DNA of 64,000 nt from Psammoneis japonica (GCA_008632985.1 QPGO01000176.1:79778-143777); one strand, 5' to 3'. Counted from the stretch's first letter, positions 33,801 to 47,049 are shown. Numbers and translations are program-made. Notes: generated by a model from the letters alone, not told the origin.

Positions 33801-34364
33801 GGTCCATCCTGCATCTGTGGCAATGGCATGTTCATCATTCACAACACACAGAGCCCTGAGTCCACTTTGAAGAAGAAGTCGAACTCGATTTGCTGCCACG
33901 CTGTTAGAGAGTCAGTGGCAATGGGTGAATCCCTCACTGGACACATCCGATTGGAGTGCAATCCGGTGAACATTGCCACCAAGATCATGTGCAGTGGCAT
34001 GAAACAAGATGGACTTGTGAGCATGGTGCTTCACAATTTGTCAAGTCCTGAGCCAGTTCCCTCAACCCACTGGGTTTGTTGCAGGTTGTTGGGGTTCCCT
34101 TGTTGCCTCTGTGCAGCTGAATGTGACCAGACTGTAAATTGAGTCAAGCCAACTCAGTGTCTGCCTCGTCAACTTGAGGGGACTGAACAATTTACCATGT
34201 GGCAATGTTGCACATGAATTTGCATGCAGAATGTAGAATTTGGTGACAATGAGGACTCGATGTGAGTGCTGAGTTGAGCTCACTTCTTGAAAACAGTGGC
34301 ATGATGTTGCACCTTTTCTTTTAGTCTGTTCCCCAGTGCACATCTTCACAGGGCAATTCATTCA
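27859..34364 (+). mobile_element. Older degenerate Ty1/copia element (second family) with LTRs at ~27859-28053 and ~34184-34364
   Basis: Related TGAA...TTCA LTRs, PPT TTGAGGGGAC before 34184, gag (HDHFLGPNNMDNM), protease (EIDGHADT), integrase, RT (LCGLKSAG, LLCVDD), RNase H (FVDSDHA, LKKKSNSI); many stops and frameshifts; no matching TSD found. Confidence 0.88.
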
Positions 34365-35479
34365 AAGTTGTGCAGATGAAGTTGCCTCAAGAGCACCACC
34401 AACGATGGCTCTTAAGTTTTTCCCATTTTTAGGGTGGATCAACACACCAAAAAAAGAAAAAGGGGGGATGCACTGCAGCGACAACAAGAAAACTTGTGAG
34501 TCAAGCATGTGCCAAATCAACACTCCCTGTGAATGAAGACTTGTCGCGCCATGTTGCTGACGCAACGGAGCCCCAAATCCCTGTGTTCCATCAACAGCAT
34601 GATGTGCTCAGCAAGCTTTTGCTGCTTTTCAGACAAATGCTGCTCTGTCTGTTTCAACAACCATGTTTTGATGGGCCAAGCAAACAGACAACTTCCTGCA
34701 CTCAAAGGCTTGAGAGTGACATGGACTCAAGGCCGGAGAGATGCACTTGATGTGCACCCTGACCTCCAGACTTAACTGGCAACACCCACACCACCAATTT
34801 CAACAGCACAAGAGTGCTGAAGCAACTTTGACAAAAAAAAAGAGAAGCCACCAGCATCGGAGTTTAGCTCATCCATGGCTCCATTGGATGCTCTGCCAGC
34901 ATTGTCAGTCACACTCCTTGAATGATGAAGCAAAGAGAAGTGCTCGATCCTTCTCTGCATTGGAGTGGACTCAGGTTCAACGCTCTGCAGATGGGGCCCG
35001 TTGCCCTTCTCCTTTGCCTGTGGCACCATCATTGTCCCGGCACCAATCACTGACATTTTGTTGCGGCAATTTGTGCTTGCATCAGTGTGGACAGATTTTT
35101 GAAAAATGGCAATGTTTGAAACCAGAAGAAAATGGCAGGAAACAAATGTTTTTTTTCACTGTCACATTTTGTGTGGATCATGTGAGCCCCATGACATCAG
35201 CAGAACACACACAAACAAACAAGCACCAAACTCCAAGATCATTTGTTTCCTTCTTGCAGCAACCTTCAAGCACACACACCCACACCTGCACACACAGCAT
35301 CATTTCATTGTTTTGCTGACCACAACACATGGGCAACAGGCAGTGCTGGATTTTGTTGCTGACACTTTTCCTGCCAAATTTTCCAACAAAACATGCTTTG
35401 CAGTGTTGTCCTGAGAAGTTCATGCACAAAAAGAGAGAGGTGAGATGAACTCCAGTTTTTCTGCCATTTGCACTTGTTG

Positions 35480-35900
35480 CTCACTGCTTGCGCTGCACTT
35501 TCCATTGTTTCTTGACAGAGTCAATGAACCCATTGCATGGGAGCCCACAATTGTGTGGAAGACAAAGTTTCTTTTGTCTGAAGTGGTGTCACTTGATTTG
35601 GTTGCATGTGTGGCCAATTTGCTGTGACAACAACAGGATGCAGGAGAGCCTTTTTACATTCTGCCAGTTGTGCAAACTCCCATCAAGCCGCCATTGTGCC
35701 ATGCTTTTCCAAAAAATGAGCCCATTGCATGGGAGCCTGCAATTGTGTGGAAGACAAAGCTTCTTTTGTCTCAAGTGGTGTCACTTGATTTGGTTGCATG
35801 TGTGGCCAATTTGCTGCAACAACAGGATGCAGAAGAGCCTTTTTGCATTCTGCAAGTTGCACAAACTCCCATCAAGCCGCCGTTGTGTCACGCTTTTCCA
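35480..35900. repeat. ~200 bp tandem duplication within a TpA-depleted block
   Basis: AATGA.CCCATTGCATGGGAGCC..CAATTGTGTGGAAGACAAAG...CCCATCAAGCCGCC at ~35523 and ~35715. Confidence 0.85.
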
Positions 35901-36362
35901 TTGATCTGCATTTCATGTTTGGGATGTGACCTTGCAGGTGGCAGCTTGATTGGCTTGAAAAGCATGCACTGTTCTGCAGCACTTCTTTTGGCTCTCAGCC
36001 TTTTGGGCTGTTCGACGCAAAGCAAAGCATTGCTTGGTGCTCCACCTCCTCTTTTGTGTGTTGGCATGCCAAGCAAACAACTCCTTGGAGCCACCACATG
36101 AGGCAAGATCATTGTGCCAGTGCAGAACAGCACAGCAGAAACCTTCCTCTGTGACACTGTTTGATGCTGTTTGCAAGGAAAAGAACAGACAAAGTGGTCA
36201 CAGCAAAGATTGGTTGGATGTTGCAACAAGCAATCCAGGAAGATCAATGAACTTTTCTCCCTTGTGGTTTTGTTTTTGAGGAAGAGTGGCCTTGGGTCCA
36301 TTTTTGGACTCACAATGTTCTGCCTTTGGGGTTTTGCAATGCAAAGGGCCTCCATCTGCTGT

Positions 36363-39100
36363 TGAATGAATTGCCCTGTTGTCACAAGCACCAGGGACAA
36401 GACCAAAAGAAAGACTTGCGACATTTTTGCTGCTTTTCCAGAAGTGAAATCTAAACCTGAGGAACAGCTCTGTGACCAATCGCCAATGACGAGGCACACA
36501 AAACTGACTCAAATTGATTGCATGGCAAATTCTTCAGTCCCCTCAAGTTGATGAATTGAAGAGTCGGCTTGATCCAATTTGCTCTCTGACCATGTTTGGT
36601 CACTCAAACATGACAAGGAAACCCTGGTGGCCTGCACCAGAAAAACCCCAAAAGGGGCAAATGAACCCCATGTGACAGACAACTGGTCTTCACAGATGTT
36701 GTGGAGGATCATCCCCACAAGCCCATCTTGCTTCATGCCACCATGCATGATCTCAGTTGTGAGGTCTGCCAGATTGCATTCCAAGTGAATGTCCAGTCAG
36801 TGACTCACCCATTGCCACCAACTCCCTTGCGGTGTGGTGACAGATGAAGCTCGACTTCTTCTTCAAAGCAGACTCTGGACTTTGTGCACTGTGGATGACT
36901 GACATGTTGTTCTCAGGGATGTGGGGTGGGCCAGTCAAGAATGGTGTGCCCATCATCCTTGACTTGTGTTGCAAGCAGTGCAACTGCTCCATGCCTTGCT
37001 TCATGGCTGCAAACTCCACTCCAAAAACCAAGGTTTCAATTGCACTTCAGTGCTTTGAAAACCATGCTGTCAAGGCCATGTTTGTGTGAATGAAGAAGCC
37101 AGTGCGTGAATGCCTCCTTGTCAAGAACTTGTCATTTGCACGATCCAAGTTGACGAACAAGCACAGATCAACCTCCAAGCCTGGAGGCTCTGGTGCATTG
37201 GGTGGGATGGCTTCATGTGCACGTCCACATGAAATGACTTCCAGTCACATTCCTTGAAGTCAGACATGTCAATGTCGGGACGTGTCGGGTTGAACACCAA
37301 CCTGGCATCATGTCTTGCCTTGAGGTGTCCACAGACATGGAAGAAGACAGCCTCAAGATGACCCTTCCTGGGCATGGCAAGACACAAGGTTGTGAGCTCA
37401 GAAACCTCCATCATCAGATCAATGTGTCCCAGCTCCACCATCCATTGCAAGACACCTGCCTGCGACTGGTGGAGCTGGGCATCCTCTGCCTCAAGCTCAA
37501 GTGACACATCTAACTCAGGATGACAATCCTGTGGAAATGGAGCCAACACCCAGGATGGCAACATCTGTCCAGGGTGGCGTTCGTCCAGATGCGCCTTCAC
37601 ATTCTTGACAGCCTGCTGGACACACTTGCTGAAGCTGATGCCCCATGCATGGACACCATTTGGCACTTGTGCTTCTCAGATCTTGGCACCCAGTTGCATC
37701 TCAGGGTCGCCAATTGAGCCAGGCTTCATCTTGAAGTGATGATCCAATTTCTTGAGTGTCCTCAAGGCATTGCTTGTGGTGCACCATCAGTGCAGTGTCC
37801 ACACACAGCAGCACATGTGCGCAGTGCCAGAACCCATCCTTGATTCGGACACTTCCTTGAGCCACACATCAGGATCTGCCAGGCAAGGCTTCCACCCAAG
37901 ATGATGCATGCAGGAGGCTGGGCAATTCCTGAAGGCTGTGCCTGCACTCTTCAAACCGCAAAGCGTGCACTTGACTGTCACATGCCTCCCTGCATTGTGT
38001 CCAAACTCTTGGCCTGGAGTCGTTGTGATCTTCTCACTGTCAGGTGCAGCAACACAAGCATTTTCAATGTCAGCTGCCTCAACCTCTGAGTCATTCAGGG
38101 CAGCAAGAGTGAAGGCAATCTTCACACTCTCACATGACACAATGCTTGCACATGCCAAGGTGCTGGGAGTGTCAGCGGCATGTCCACCAGCTGCACAGCA
38201 TGCCTTGCACTTGAAGTCTTGCAGCTTTGTGTTGAAGACCAAGTGACATCTGATGTGCTGGCATCCCACCAGTTCCTTGTCATTGTCAATGATCTCAAAC
38301 ACCTTGTTTGCAATGCCCATTTCCTTGTCTGCAGCATCTTGCCACAGGTGGTTGCCATTTGCCTGGTCAATCTTGACTGCCTCATCGCACATCTTGGGAG
38401 TGCACATCCCACACTTGTGCACCCATTTGTGATGCCACTTTTGTTCATTGCAGCAACAATCTGCTGCTGTTTCTTAAAGGCACATGGAACCCACCACACA
38501 AAGGCTGGTTCATCCTTGATTGATTGGGCTCTGGCATGCTCAGCTGGCTCAACCAGGCTGGATTCCTTCAAGTCTGCAATGCGTTCCCAAGTTGTGGTTC
38601 CATCCTTCCAGCAAACACAAAAGTGCCATCCTTCAGTCATCTTGTGCATGGTTTGGTGTCCTCCACCACTGTCCTGCAGGAAAGTGTCATCCTTCTGGAC
38701 TGCATGCCCATCAGTCGTGTGATCAACAAGAGCACCCAGAAGCAAGCACTGATTGCCTTTGTTGTCACATTGTGCAAACATGTTCTCAGCTGTGATGTCA
38801 GCTGCAAACTCTGCTTCCTGACCATCAGGCATGCACAAGCATCTGCAATGGGATTGGCGCTGGCTCTGCCCACTGGTGTTCCATCTGAACTGGGCTTGCA
38901 CCGCTTGACCATCCCGGTTTGTTGGGTGTCCCCGTGAGGTGGCAATGCTTCTGAGTTTGCACAAACATCAAAAGCAGCATCAGGCACATCGTCCTTGCCG
39001 GGTGCACTCACAGGAGCATCCTGGTCAGCTTCATCCTTGTGCTGATCAAAAGCAGGAGCAGTGGCATGGGGGTCATCAACATCTCCAACATCAGAAACCC
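36363..39100 (-). mobile_element. 5'-truncated degenerate copia (RT-RNase H plus 3' LTR 36363-36536), related to the 27859-34364 family
   Basis: Minus-strand fragments VGCQHIRCHLVF, LCGLKSAG, ADPDVW, DMSDFKECDW, ALKKKSSFI; PPT TTGAGGGGAC followed by a TGAA...TTCA LTR. Confidence 0.85.
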
Positions 39101-39419
39101 GCAGAAAAGGCCACGAGTCACAGGTCATTGAACCCCCCCATCTCATGGAGTGTGCACACACGCAAACATTGGTTGACCCCCTTCCAGACTGAAATTGACA
39201 TTCACTCATTTGGAGCACAACATTTTCATTTATTTTCACCATGCTGATTGGTGTGTTTTGTGCTTGTTGCTCCCAGATGTGTTTTGTTCAATGTGCACTC
39301 ATTGACTTGAATGCCAACACACCAAGCAACATGGCAGCATCGCTCCACCATCTCTTGACGATTGCATTTCCTTCCAACTGAGACCTGTTCATTTTCACAT
39401 TGTGCACGCATTTCCACCA

Positions 39420-39720
39420 AAAGCGCTGCATTTCCGTCTTCATGATGCACGTCAATCATTCAGCAAAATTTTCACCTTTTTCTGTTTCCCCCTCAAAACC
39501 CATCCTCACCATCGACTCATGATTGCATCTCTGAACAGTTGAATTTCATTCCAGCTGAAACATGTTTGTTTTCACATCAGACATGGCATTGCCGCCAAAA
39601 GCACTGCATTTCCATCTTCATGATGAACGTCAATCATTCAGCAAAATTTTCACCTTTTTCTGTTCCCCCCCCAAAAACCCATCATCACTGTCGACTCATG
39701 ATGTTCCGTTTGCAGCATTT
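39420..39720. repeat. ~180 bp tandem duplication
   Basis: CTGCATTTCC.TCTTCATGATG.ACGTCAATCATTCAGCAAAATTTTCACCTTTTTCTGTT at ~39426 and ~39604. Confidence 0.8.
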
Positions 39721-42282
39721 GTCCAACCAATCATGCACAGGGCATTTGTCCCTTCCACTTGTGATCTGCAGATCCAATCCCCTGTGTTTTTTTGTGAATC
39801 AGTGCAGAACCGTGAAAGCAGTGTGACGAGGAGCCCGTGGCTTCTCTGCACAAGACTGCACTGCAGGCATCATCAAGAGCTGCCAAACAACTCTGCCCCA
39901 CCATGACAATGAAGTGCGACAGCGTTGATGCTCATTCCACCTTTTGCGAAGCATGTGTGGTCACCACAAAACAACAACCAACAACAACAAAAAAGAACAA
40001 GCTCCTTCCTTTTGACATGAGCGGCAAGTTTGTGATTGATTGTTGAGATGGCTGATCAATGAATTGGCAGCAAAACACACCTTCAGCATGGAACACATTG
40101 CATCTGATGATGCACATTCATTGTTGTGGTTGTCTCATGTGACTCACTGGTGATTTTTGCTCTGCGAGACTCAGAAATTGACCGAACATGCCACGTCAGG
40201 GTCATTGCGGTGGATGACTTGAGAGGTTGGTGAAAGCACATTTTCCTCATGCACGAGCCATGCAGAAATCATGCAGAAAAATGGATGCTTCCGTTTGTGT
40301 CATCACTTTGAATCTGTCCCGCTTTTTTCAAGTCAAGAGATGTCACAACACAAAAAGGGGAGGGCCAGCTTGCAATGGCGTGCAAAGCAGTGTGGCCAAG
40401 GCAAGTGCAGACAAATGCACAACGCCACAAAAAACAACAAAGAATTGTTGCAACTGTGCCTCAGAGAGGGGATGTGGTTGTTGTTGAGAGCCAACAAGTT
40501 CTTCAAGGAGCTGGGTTGCAGAGATCAAATGCAACATCACGAGTGAGCAATTTGGTTGATGGGAAGATTTGTGTGGAATGATTTCAGGCAGCCACTGAAA
40601 GCAAGCAGGGGAGGACTTCACAACTTGGGTGACAAGGGGGAGACCCCACATGGTGAGCTGTGCCAAGGTTGGCAAGCTGGAGCTGATGGTGGCTTGGCAG
40701 ATGTGAGCCCATTGTCACAATTTCATTGTTGTCCAACTCAAGCATTCTTACATTGCAGAAGCTGCACTTTAGACAGCCGCTTGCACATTTCGTGTGGGTG
40801 CAAACTTCTTGAATTTTGCCGTGCTGATTGGATCTGCTCACCTGGGTTCGAACTTGTGGACATTTGTTGGAGCCAGGTGCACGACATTTCATTCGAACCA
40901 ACGGACATTTGTTGGCTGGTGCGGACATTCATTTGTTTTTAACCACACCAATTTATGGTGGACTGGTGTGATTCGTGTTAAACAGCCATGATTCACAAAC
41001 AAGTGCGTGTGTGGGCACTCACAAATGCTGTCTGCAACAGTGTCCATTGGTCAGACCACAAGACAATTCATGGAAACGGGCCTCTGATGAGTGCCGGAGT
41101 TGAAGACAAGGCTCAAATGCAGACTCTCACTGCAGCGCATGGCACTCCCCACAGTGCGCTGATGTCGACTGCATGCTGACAGACTCCAAATTCCCTGGGC
41201 AATTTTTCACTCCCCCCCATTCAAAGCATGCCAAACAGTTGCCCTCTGCACACTGGAAACACCCTGTTCTTCCCCGATGGTTTCACGAGGGCTTCCCAAC
41301 AATGCTGTCCCCCCAAGGCAGGCATGTCCCGTTTTTGAGACAGAGAGATGCGTGTGCCACTCTGTGAATCACACCATGACAGGATTTAATCAAGATTGAC
41401 TGACTCAACCAAATCCGACCAAACGACTTGAAAAATGTGCCATGACAGGATTCAATCAAGATTGACCACCTCGACCAAATCCAACCCAACCACTTGAAAA
41501 ATGTGACACCCAGGATTCAAGCCCAGGTCATCAAGCAACCGGTTGCCAACCAAACCATTCACCATGCAGCTCAAGTTGAGAGGCTTTTTGCACACAGTGA
41601 CTGGATGTGTTGCAGCCAGAGAGTGACGTGCCAGCATTCAACTCTTCTTCGAATTCTGTCAGCAGGCACACAGCCATGTCTGGATGCTTGCCTTGAAAGT
41701 GCTTGCCAGCAGTTTGTCGACTTGCTCAATGTGTCTGCACTGTCATGCTTGGTTGAAAGTTTGAGCAACAGCGGACAGATGCCACCAGCAAAAGCAGCAC
41801 TCAAAGCAGGCAAATCATCTTTTGACAAAGCCGCAAAAAGTGATGGCCCGATCTTGTCATCTGCAGCTGTTCATTCCAAAATTGTTTGAGGTTTGCTCTC
41901 TGACTGCACTGTCATGATTGAGTGACAAGGTTGTTGTCTTTGCATGTCTCTGTGCATTGCTGATGTCAATCACAGGTGCACCCATTGACAATGACACGCT
42001 CCATCGTTTCTTGGATGCGCTTCCAACAAGACTGGGGCTGTTTGTGTCACTGGCAGAGGGCACTCTCTCCAGCAAAAGGATTTCACCATTGCTCATCAAT
42101 GCACAGGTTGATGAATGCTGCCGCCTTGTTCGAAATGTGGAATTTGACTGTCAGAGCGAGCCCCTCTCTCCAATTTCTCGTGTCATTTTCGGGAGACACA
42201 CGGACCGTGTCGGAGGGAGTTTCGGCCGGGAGACATGCGGACAGTGTCGGAGGGAGTTTCGGGCGACACACGGACTGCGTTG

Positions 42283-43840
42283 CAAGGATTTATAAGTCTG
42301 TCAGGATGTACAAGCTCCGGTACAAATCTACGCACGAGCCTGTTGCCATGCGTGGTACGAACACCGTTAAAATTTGTACTTCGTTTTACGGCAGTCTACG
42401 TAGGGCTTCTGACGGGACGAACTTATCATTTATAAATATTCATGCACAAATATCATAGATACCTCGAAGACGAAACGTGATGGAGGGGAGAAAACAGACG
42501 GCACACGAAACGTGATGGAGGGGGATAACAGACGGCACGAATGTGATGGTATGGTACGGTAGGTGCGTGGCGTGGATGAAGACAGAGACACGCAATGGAA
42601 TTTCAAAAATCATAGCTCTAAAATCTGCCGCCGATTGCCAATCAACCCAATGACTGATTGATTGTTGTAACAATGAGTGATGATGTATGCTGCTGTATTT
42701 CGCCAAATTGTCATGTGTTTCGACAAGCGCTGATTCACGCTAATGATCCACTTTGGGGTCGCCCGCTGGCAAGGATACGCGTGACGCAAAACACACGATG
42801 CAAGCGTCTCGTCCAAAGCATTGTCCATTACTTGAAGCCCGAGAGAAGCACTAAAATTTATGCATTGCCCCTCATCACTGGCCAAGAATCAAAAATAAGA
42901 CACCACCTAGATGGGAAAGATAGAGATGGAGAATGATATTGTTAGTTTGTTTGTCATGCCGGTACTGTAAATGCATGATGCATCAATACTGCTTTAAATG
43001 TAAACATACCTTATTGTACACATCCTTCAGAAGTAAACTGCACGAGATTCCAGCCCGCTCGCTCGCATTCCAATCGCAGAGTCTCCACGCCACCAAGATT
43101 TACCCCAGTTTTCGGTCCCCGAACCCCGAACGAGGGAGTACTACTAACCGGCACTCGGCAAGGTCATGGACGTCAATATCCAACCCATTGCACATTATAA
43201 TTGTCATTATTCGTGAAAGTATCAACTGTAGCTTGCTTGGTTCAGTCCAAAAGAGAGCGTAGGACACACCACAGCCCCGTTCCGATATAAGGAAGAACAT
43301 GAGTTGAAAAGAAATGGTGTCGACACCGACACGAAACTATGAGATATTGTTCGTCCGTAGGGGTGATACGTTGCTCAACAGCTTCTCTATATGAGTTATA
43401 AAGACGAACATGTCAAAGAAAATGAGTGAGATGCCGAAACAAAAGCACAATATAATTCGATTGCGACAGAGAGCGATAATGAGTCTCGAACCGTGGTGTC
43501 AATACAAAATCCTTTTTTCACCTTACAATTGGCCGCTTACCTTCGAAAAAGCAACATAAGCTGTTTCTATATGGAGATAAAGACTAGCAGATAGCGTTGG
43601 TACTGTTGAAAGGATCGTCAATAGTCTAATAAGCGGCGCTCCGATTATCATGGTGTGTGGTGCTTTGATGAAAATGATGCGCGATCCCTTGAAAAAATGA
43701 GGATATACAAAATATCCATAAATTAATATATTTTAACGGCGGAGTTCGCACCGTCAAGATTACTTAGAGGCTGGTGACCACGCATGGCAACACGCGTTCT
43801 ACGCAGCTTGTACATCCTGACAGACTTATATAAATCCTTG
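42283..43840. mobile_element. Non-autonomous hAT-type DNA transposon, 1558 bp
   Basis: Terminal inverted repeats CAAGGATT(TA)TATAAGTCTGTCAGGATGTACAAGCT, 8-bp TSD CTGCGTTG (42275-42282 and 43841-43848), subterminal repeats GAAACGTGATGGAGGGG; no transposase ORF. Confidence 0.88.
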
Positions 43841-44209
43841 CTGCGTTGGAGGGAATTCGCGCGCATGAACGGCAAAAAAAAAACGCTACACCATGGCGTA
43901 ATCTTCATATGGAAGAAATTGCGTGATTTTCAATTTACCGTAAGTGCCAAGAAAATACGTTTTTAGATCACTCGCTCCCATCACGGGTTGCAATAAGCCA
44001 GGAAAAGACGGCATGGAGGTGGAGGATAAGAGCAATAAGGCGTCGTCTGCGTCTCCACGAAATGATTTTTCTCGTGAAGGCAAGCAAAACAAAACAAAGC
44101 CTTCCACCAAGAGCAAACAATCAACGTCTTAGTCCACCGCAGTCTTGCACTCCGATGCCGTTGGTGGTGTTGATGCACATCCGTTTGCTCGTGGATCTCT
44201 GGGAAAATG

Positions 44210-44500
44210 AGGATGATGATGGTACTACAATCGACGGACGAGCCTGCAGCGGGCCTAGCATCCGAGCACATCATCCTCACGGCTATTGATCATGTCGCTG
44301 TCGGTGACAAGCAGCGTTATTATGTGCATCACCGCTGCTTCAATCGACGTGTGGAAGAATGGGTTTTCATGGGTCGTATTGTGTCACCTCCTTCATTTGG
44401 GAATGCCAAAGCTCGAGTGATTAAAAAGGAGGAAGAACGTCGAAAACGAAAGCAAGCGCGATTGGAGGAACGGAATGCGGAATACACTTAAGATGCACTG
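44210..44500 (+). pseudogene. MYST acetyltransferase N-terminal Tudor-knot/chromo fragment
   Basis: RYYVHHRCFNRRVEEWV resembles the Esa1/Tip60 YYVHYxxFNRRxDEW motif; no acetyltransferase domain follows. Confidence 0.65.
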
Positions 44501-44899
44501 CCGGCACACCGGGGCAGATGAAAGCCGCTGTGGGTGGTGCTACTGCTACTACTACTTCAGCTGAAGAATCGTCTGCGGACGCTGCTGCGGCTATGGTCTC
44601 GGATCCAGCGTCAGCAACCACAACTCCTCGCAAAACACGCCCAACGTGCTGACGGTGACGTGTCTTTCGGTGTGCAAACGGTGTGTTTTGTTTGACGGGT
44701 CTCACTGTATGACGCCACGTATATTTCTCTCTTTTGTTTAGTTGCCATTCGTATACAACCATTGAGCTCCAAGGAATCACGTCGAATACAGCTAGCCGCG
44801 TACAGAAAGTTTTTCGGCAGTACAAGTCGATAGTCGATTGATCAAACGAATTATTGGCCGAACCTTTTCAGCTTTAACAGAACCTTTGGAGAAGAATAT

Positions 44900-45560
44900 A
44901 CTGCACCGCAAGTTGATGATGGTGCAGTACAGCCAAGAACATCGTTCAGGGAGTCGTCGTTTCGGGAATCAATGCAACCGTCCTTGTATACGGACAAACC
45001 TCTATTGGTAAGACCTACGCGGTGCAGGGTTTCGGGTCTATTGAAAAGAAGGCTACAAATCTACCGGTGGAGGCGTTGTACATATGACTACCAATGATGC
45101 ATTTAATCACGTTGCCGAGACACCAGACCGAATGTTCTTGGTTCGAACGTCATTCTTTGAAGTCTTCAACGAGGAAGTGCGGGAGTTGCTCGGCGAGAAC
45201 GATGTGCTACAAATACGAGAAGACCCTCGACGTGGAGGGTTTGTGAATAGCCACGAGGAGGATGTTACCGACTTGATCGCATCATGGAGGTACTATTTGC
45301 TGGAGAGAAGAACCGGGCGGTAGCATCTACCTGCATGAATGAACGGTCTTCCCGATCTCATGCCATTTCCGTATCACCATCGAAAGTCGGTGGAAGACGG
45401 ATCAAGATTTATGACGATGCATCGAGTGATAAGGATAACCACAAAACAAAGATGACGGTGCTATTCATATCTACACTCTGAACTTGGTGGACTCAGCCAG
45501 TTCCGAGATCGTTCCTCACTGTAATAGTCAGAAAGAAGGAGGAAAGATCAATCAGTGGTG
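44900..45560 (+). pseudogene. Kinesin motor-domain fragment (kinesin-7/CENP-E-like)
   Basis: GINATVLVYGQTSIGKTY (P-loop), SFFEVFNEEVRELL, LQIREDP, MNERSSRSHAI, LNLVDSASSE, KEGGKINQ; frameshifted. Confidence 0.82.
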
Positions 45561-46475
45561 AGTTGCTTTGAGAGCTTGCAACTCTCATCTATTGTACTCT
45601 CAACTGTTACACAATACCTGTCCATATATCTGCGGTCAATCTCGCTTTCGCGAACTGTTAAAGGAAACACTCCGAGGAGCCTTCTAACTCCGAAAGAGAC
45701 TGCTACATGTTGTAGGAACGATTAACGTGATCTCTCCATCGGTTGAAATGCGCATGGAATAAATATTTAAACTAAACTAAAACAAGATGTGTTGACTGCT
45801 AGTCCCCATCAGATTTGCGGTCTGATGACTCATGCTCCCTCACCACGGCACGGTCGTCAACAAGAAGGAGTGCTGCTGCCTGTGGTACCCTTTGGGGGCC
45901 CCGTGCAGGTTGTTAATAGCCCGTCAGCTCTTACAACAGCCATGTTCAATGTTTTTTTACGATTAACATGAAAAACTCGGGGCTTTCTTAACTTGGTGCT
46001 TTCCTAACCAAGGGGGCCTATTGTTTGCTTGGCGCCCCGCCAAGGTTCTGGGCTTGTCTTTTTCATCGAGGTGCTTTCCTAACCTCGCCGTTTTAGTTGT
46101 TAACATCGAGTTTCGTCTCGAGTGGGGTTTCCTGAGGGTGCAGAGAATGGGACACTCTCTGTGCATCACCCAACAGGCGGTCGTCCTACCGTACCGAGAC
46201 ACTCGTCAGTGCCAGCAATTGCAAGAAGCTTGAACCTACATGAGAAGGAAGAAGGTATAACTCAGCCAGTTTGGCATCGTTAGAAAGGGGTTAGCACTTC
46301 TTCTTGTCTTGCAGAGCGCCGCAACCATACTGCAGTGCAGAGAGGGCGGTCGATGCAGAAGAAGTGAGACAAAAACGCGTCGTGCAGAAGATCACGAGAC
46401 CACGACGCACGACGAAGTGAACGGTGTGACGATGGTGGCCCGCCAAATCTTTTCGCTGGCCTGCCTTTTTTCAAT

Positions 46476-46835
46476 TCAAACATACACTCACATCCCGCCT
46501 TCTCGGCTTCGAATGTGCTGGTTCTACATTCATTGATGAAAGCAACAACTCATTCGTGGCGCCAATTTTTACTTAACGGAAAAGATGCCTCCCACCGTGT
46601 GCATCGCTTTTCCTGTCATGTGCATCGCTTTTCGCGCCTTCCGCGGCGATTTTCAAACATACACTCACATCCCGCCTTCTCGGCTTCGAATGTGCTGCTT
46701 CTACATTTTAATTGATGAAAGCAACAACTCATTCGTGGCGCCAATTTTTACTTAACGGAAAAGATGCCTCCCACCGTGTGCATCGCTTTTCCTGTCATGT
46801 GCATCGCTTTTCGCGCCTTCCGCGGCGATTTCAAA
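46476..46835. repeat. Near-perfect ~180 bp tandem duplication
   Basis: TCAAACATACACTCACATCCCGCC...CCGCGGCGATTT repeated back to back. Confidence 0.92.
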
Positions 46836-47049
46836 AAGAAAAGCCGAAGTCGCACATCCTACTGTAGATCCTACGTGCGACGGCACCGACCCAGGGTTGT
46901 ACCGGAGAAATCACCGTGGGATCCGTCCACGCGCGACGCGAGCTCCGGCACGGCACGCGCGCGACAACGGCTTCAACCTCGTGCGTCATCGGAATTCGAA
47001 CGCATCCGAACCCCGCCCGACCAACGGCTTGTTTTACAGTGGCCCTACA

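Noticed and set aside
21580..39100. Alternative genetic code in the transposons
   Set aside because: Changes also affect non-coding LTRs, and Tyr codons persist in unconverted parts of the same ORF
28260..42285. Classical RIP or CpG deamination alone as the cause
   Set aside because: RIP raises TpA; CpG decay cannot remove TpA or change conserved Tyr codons to Cys/His
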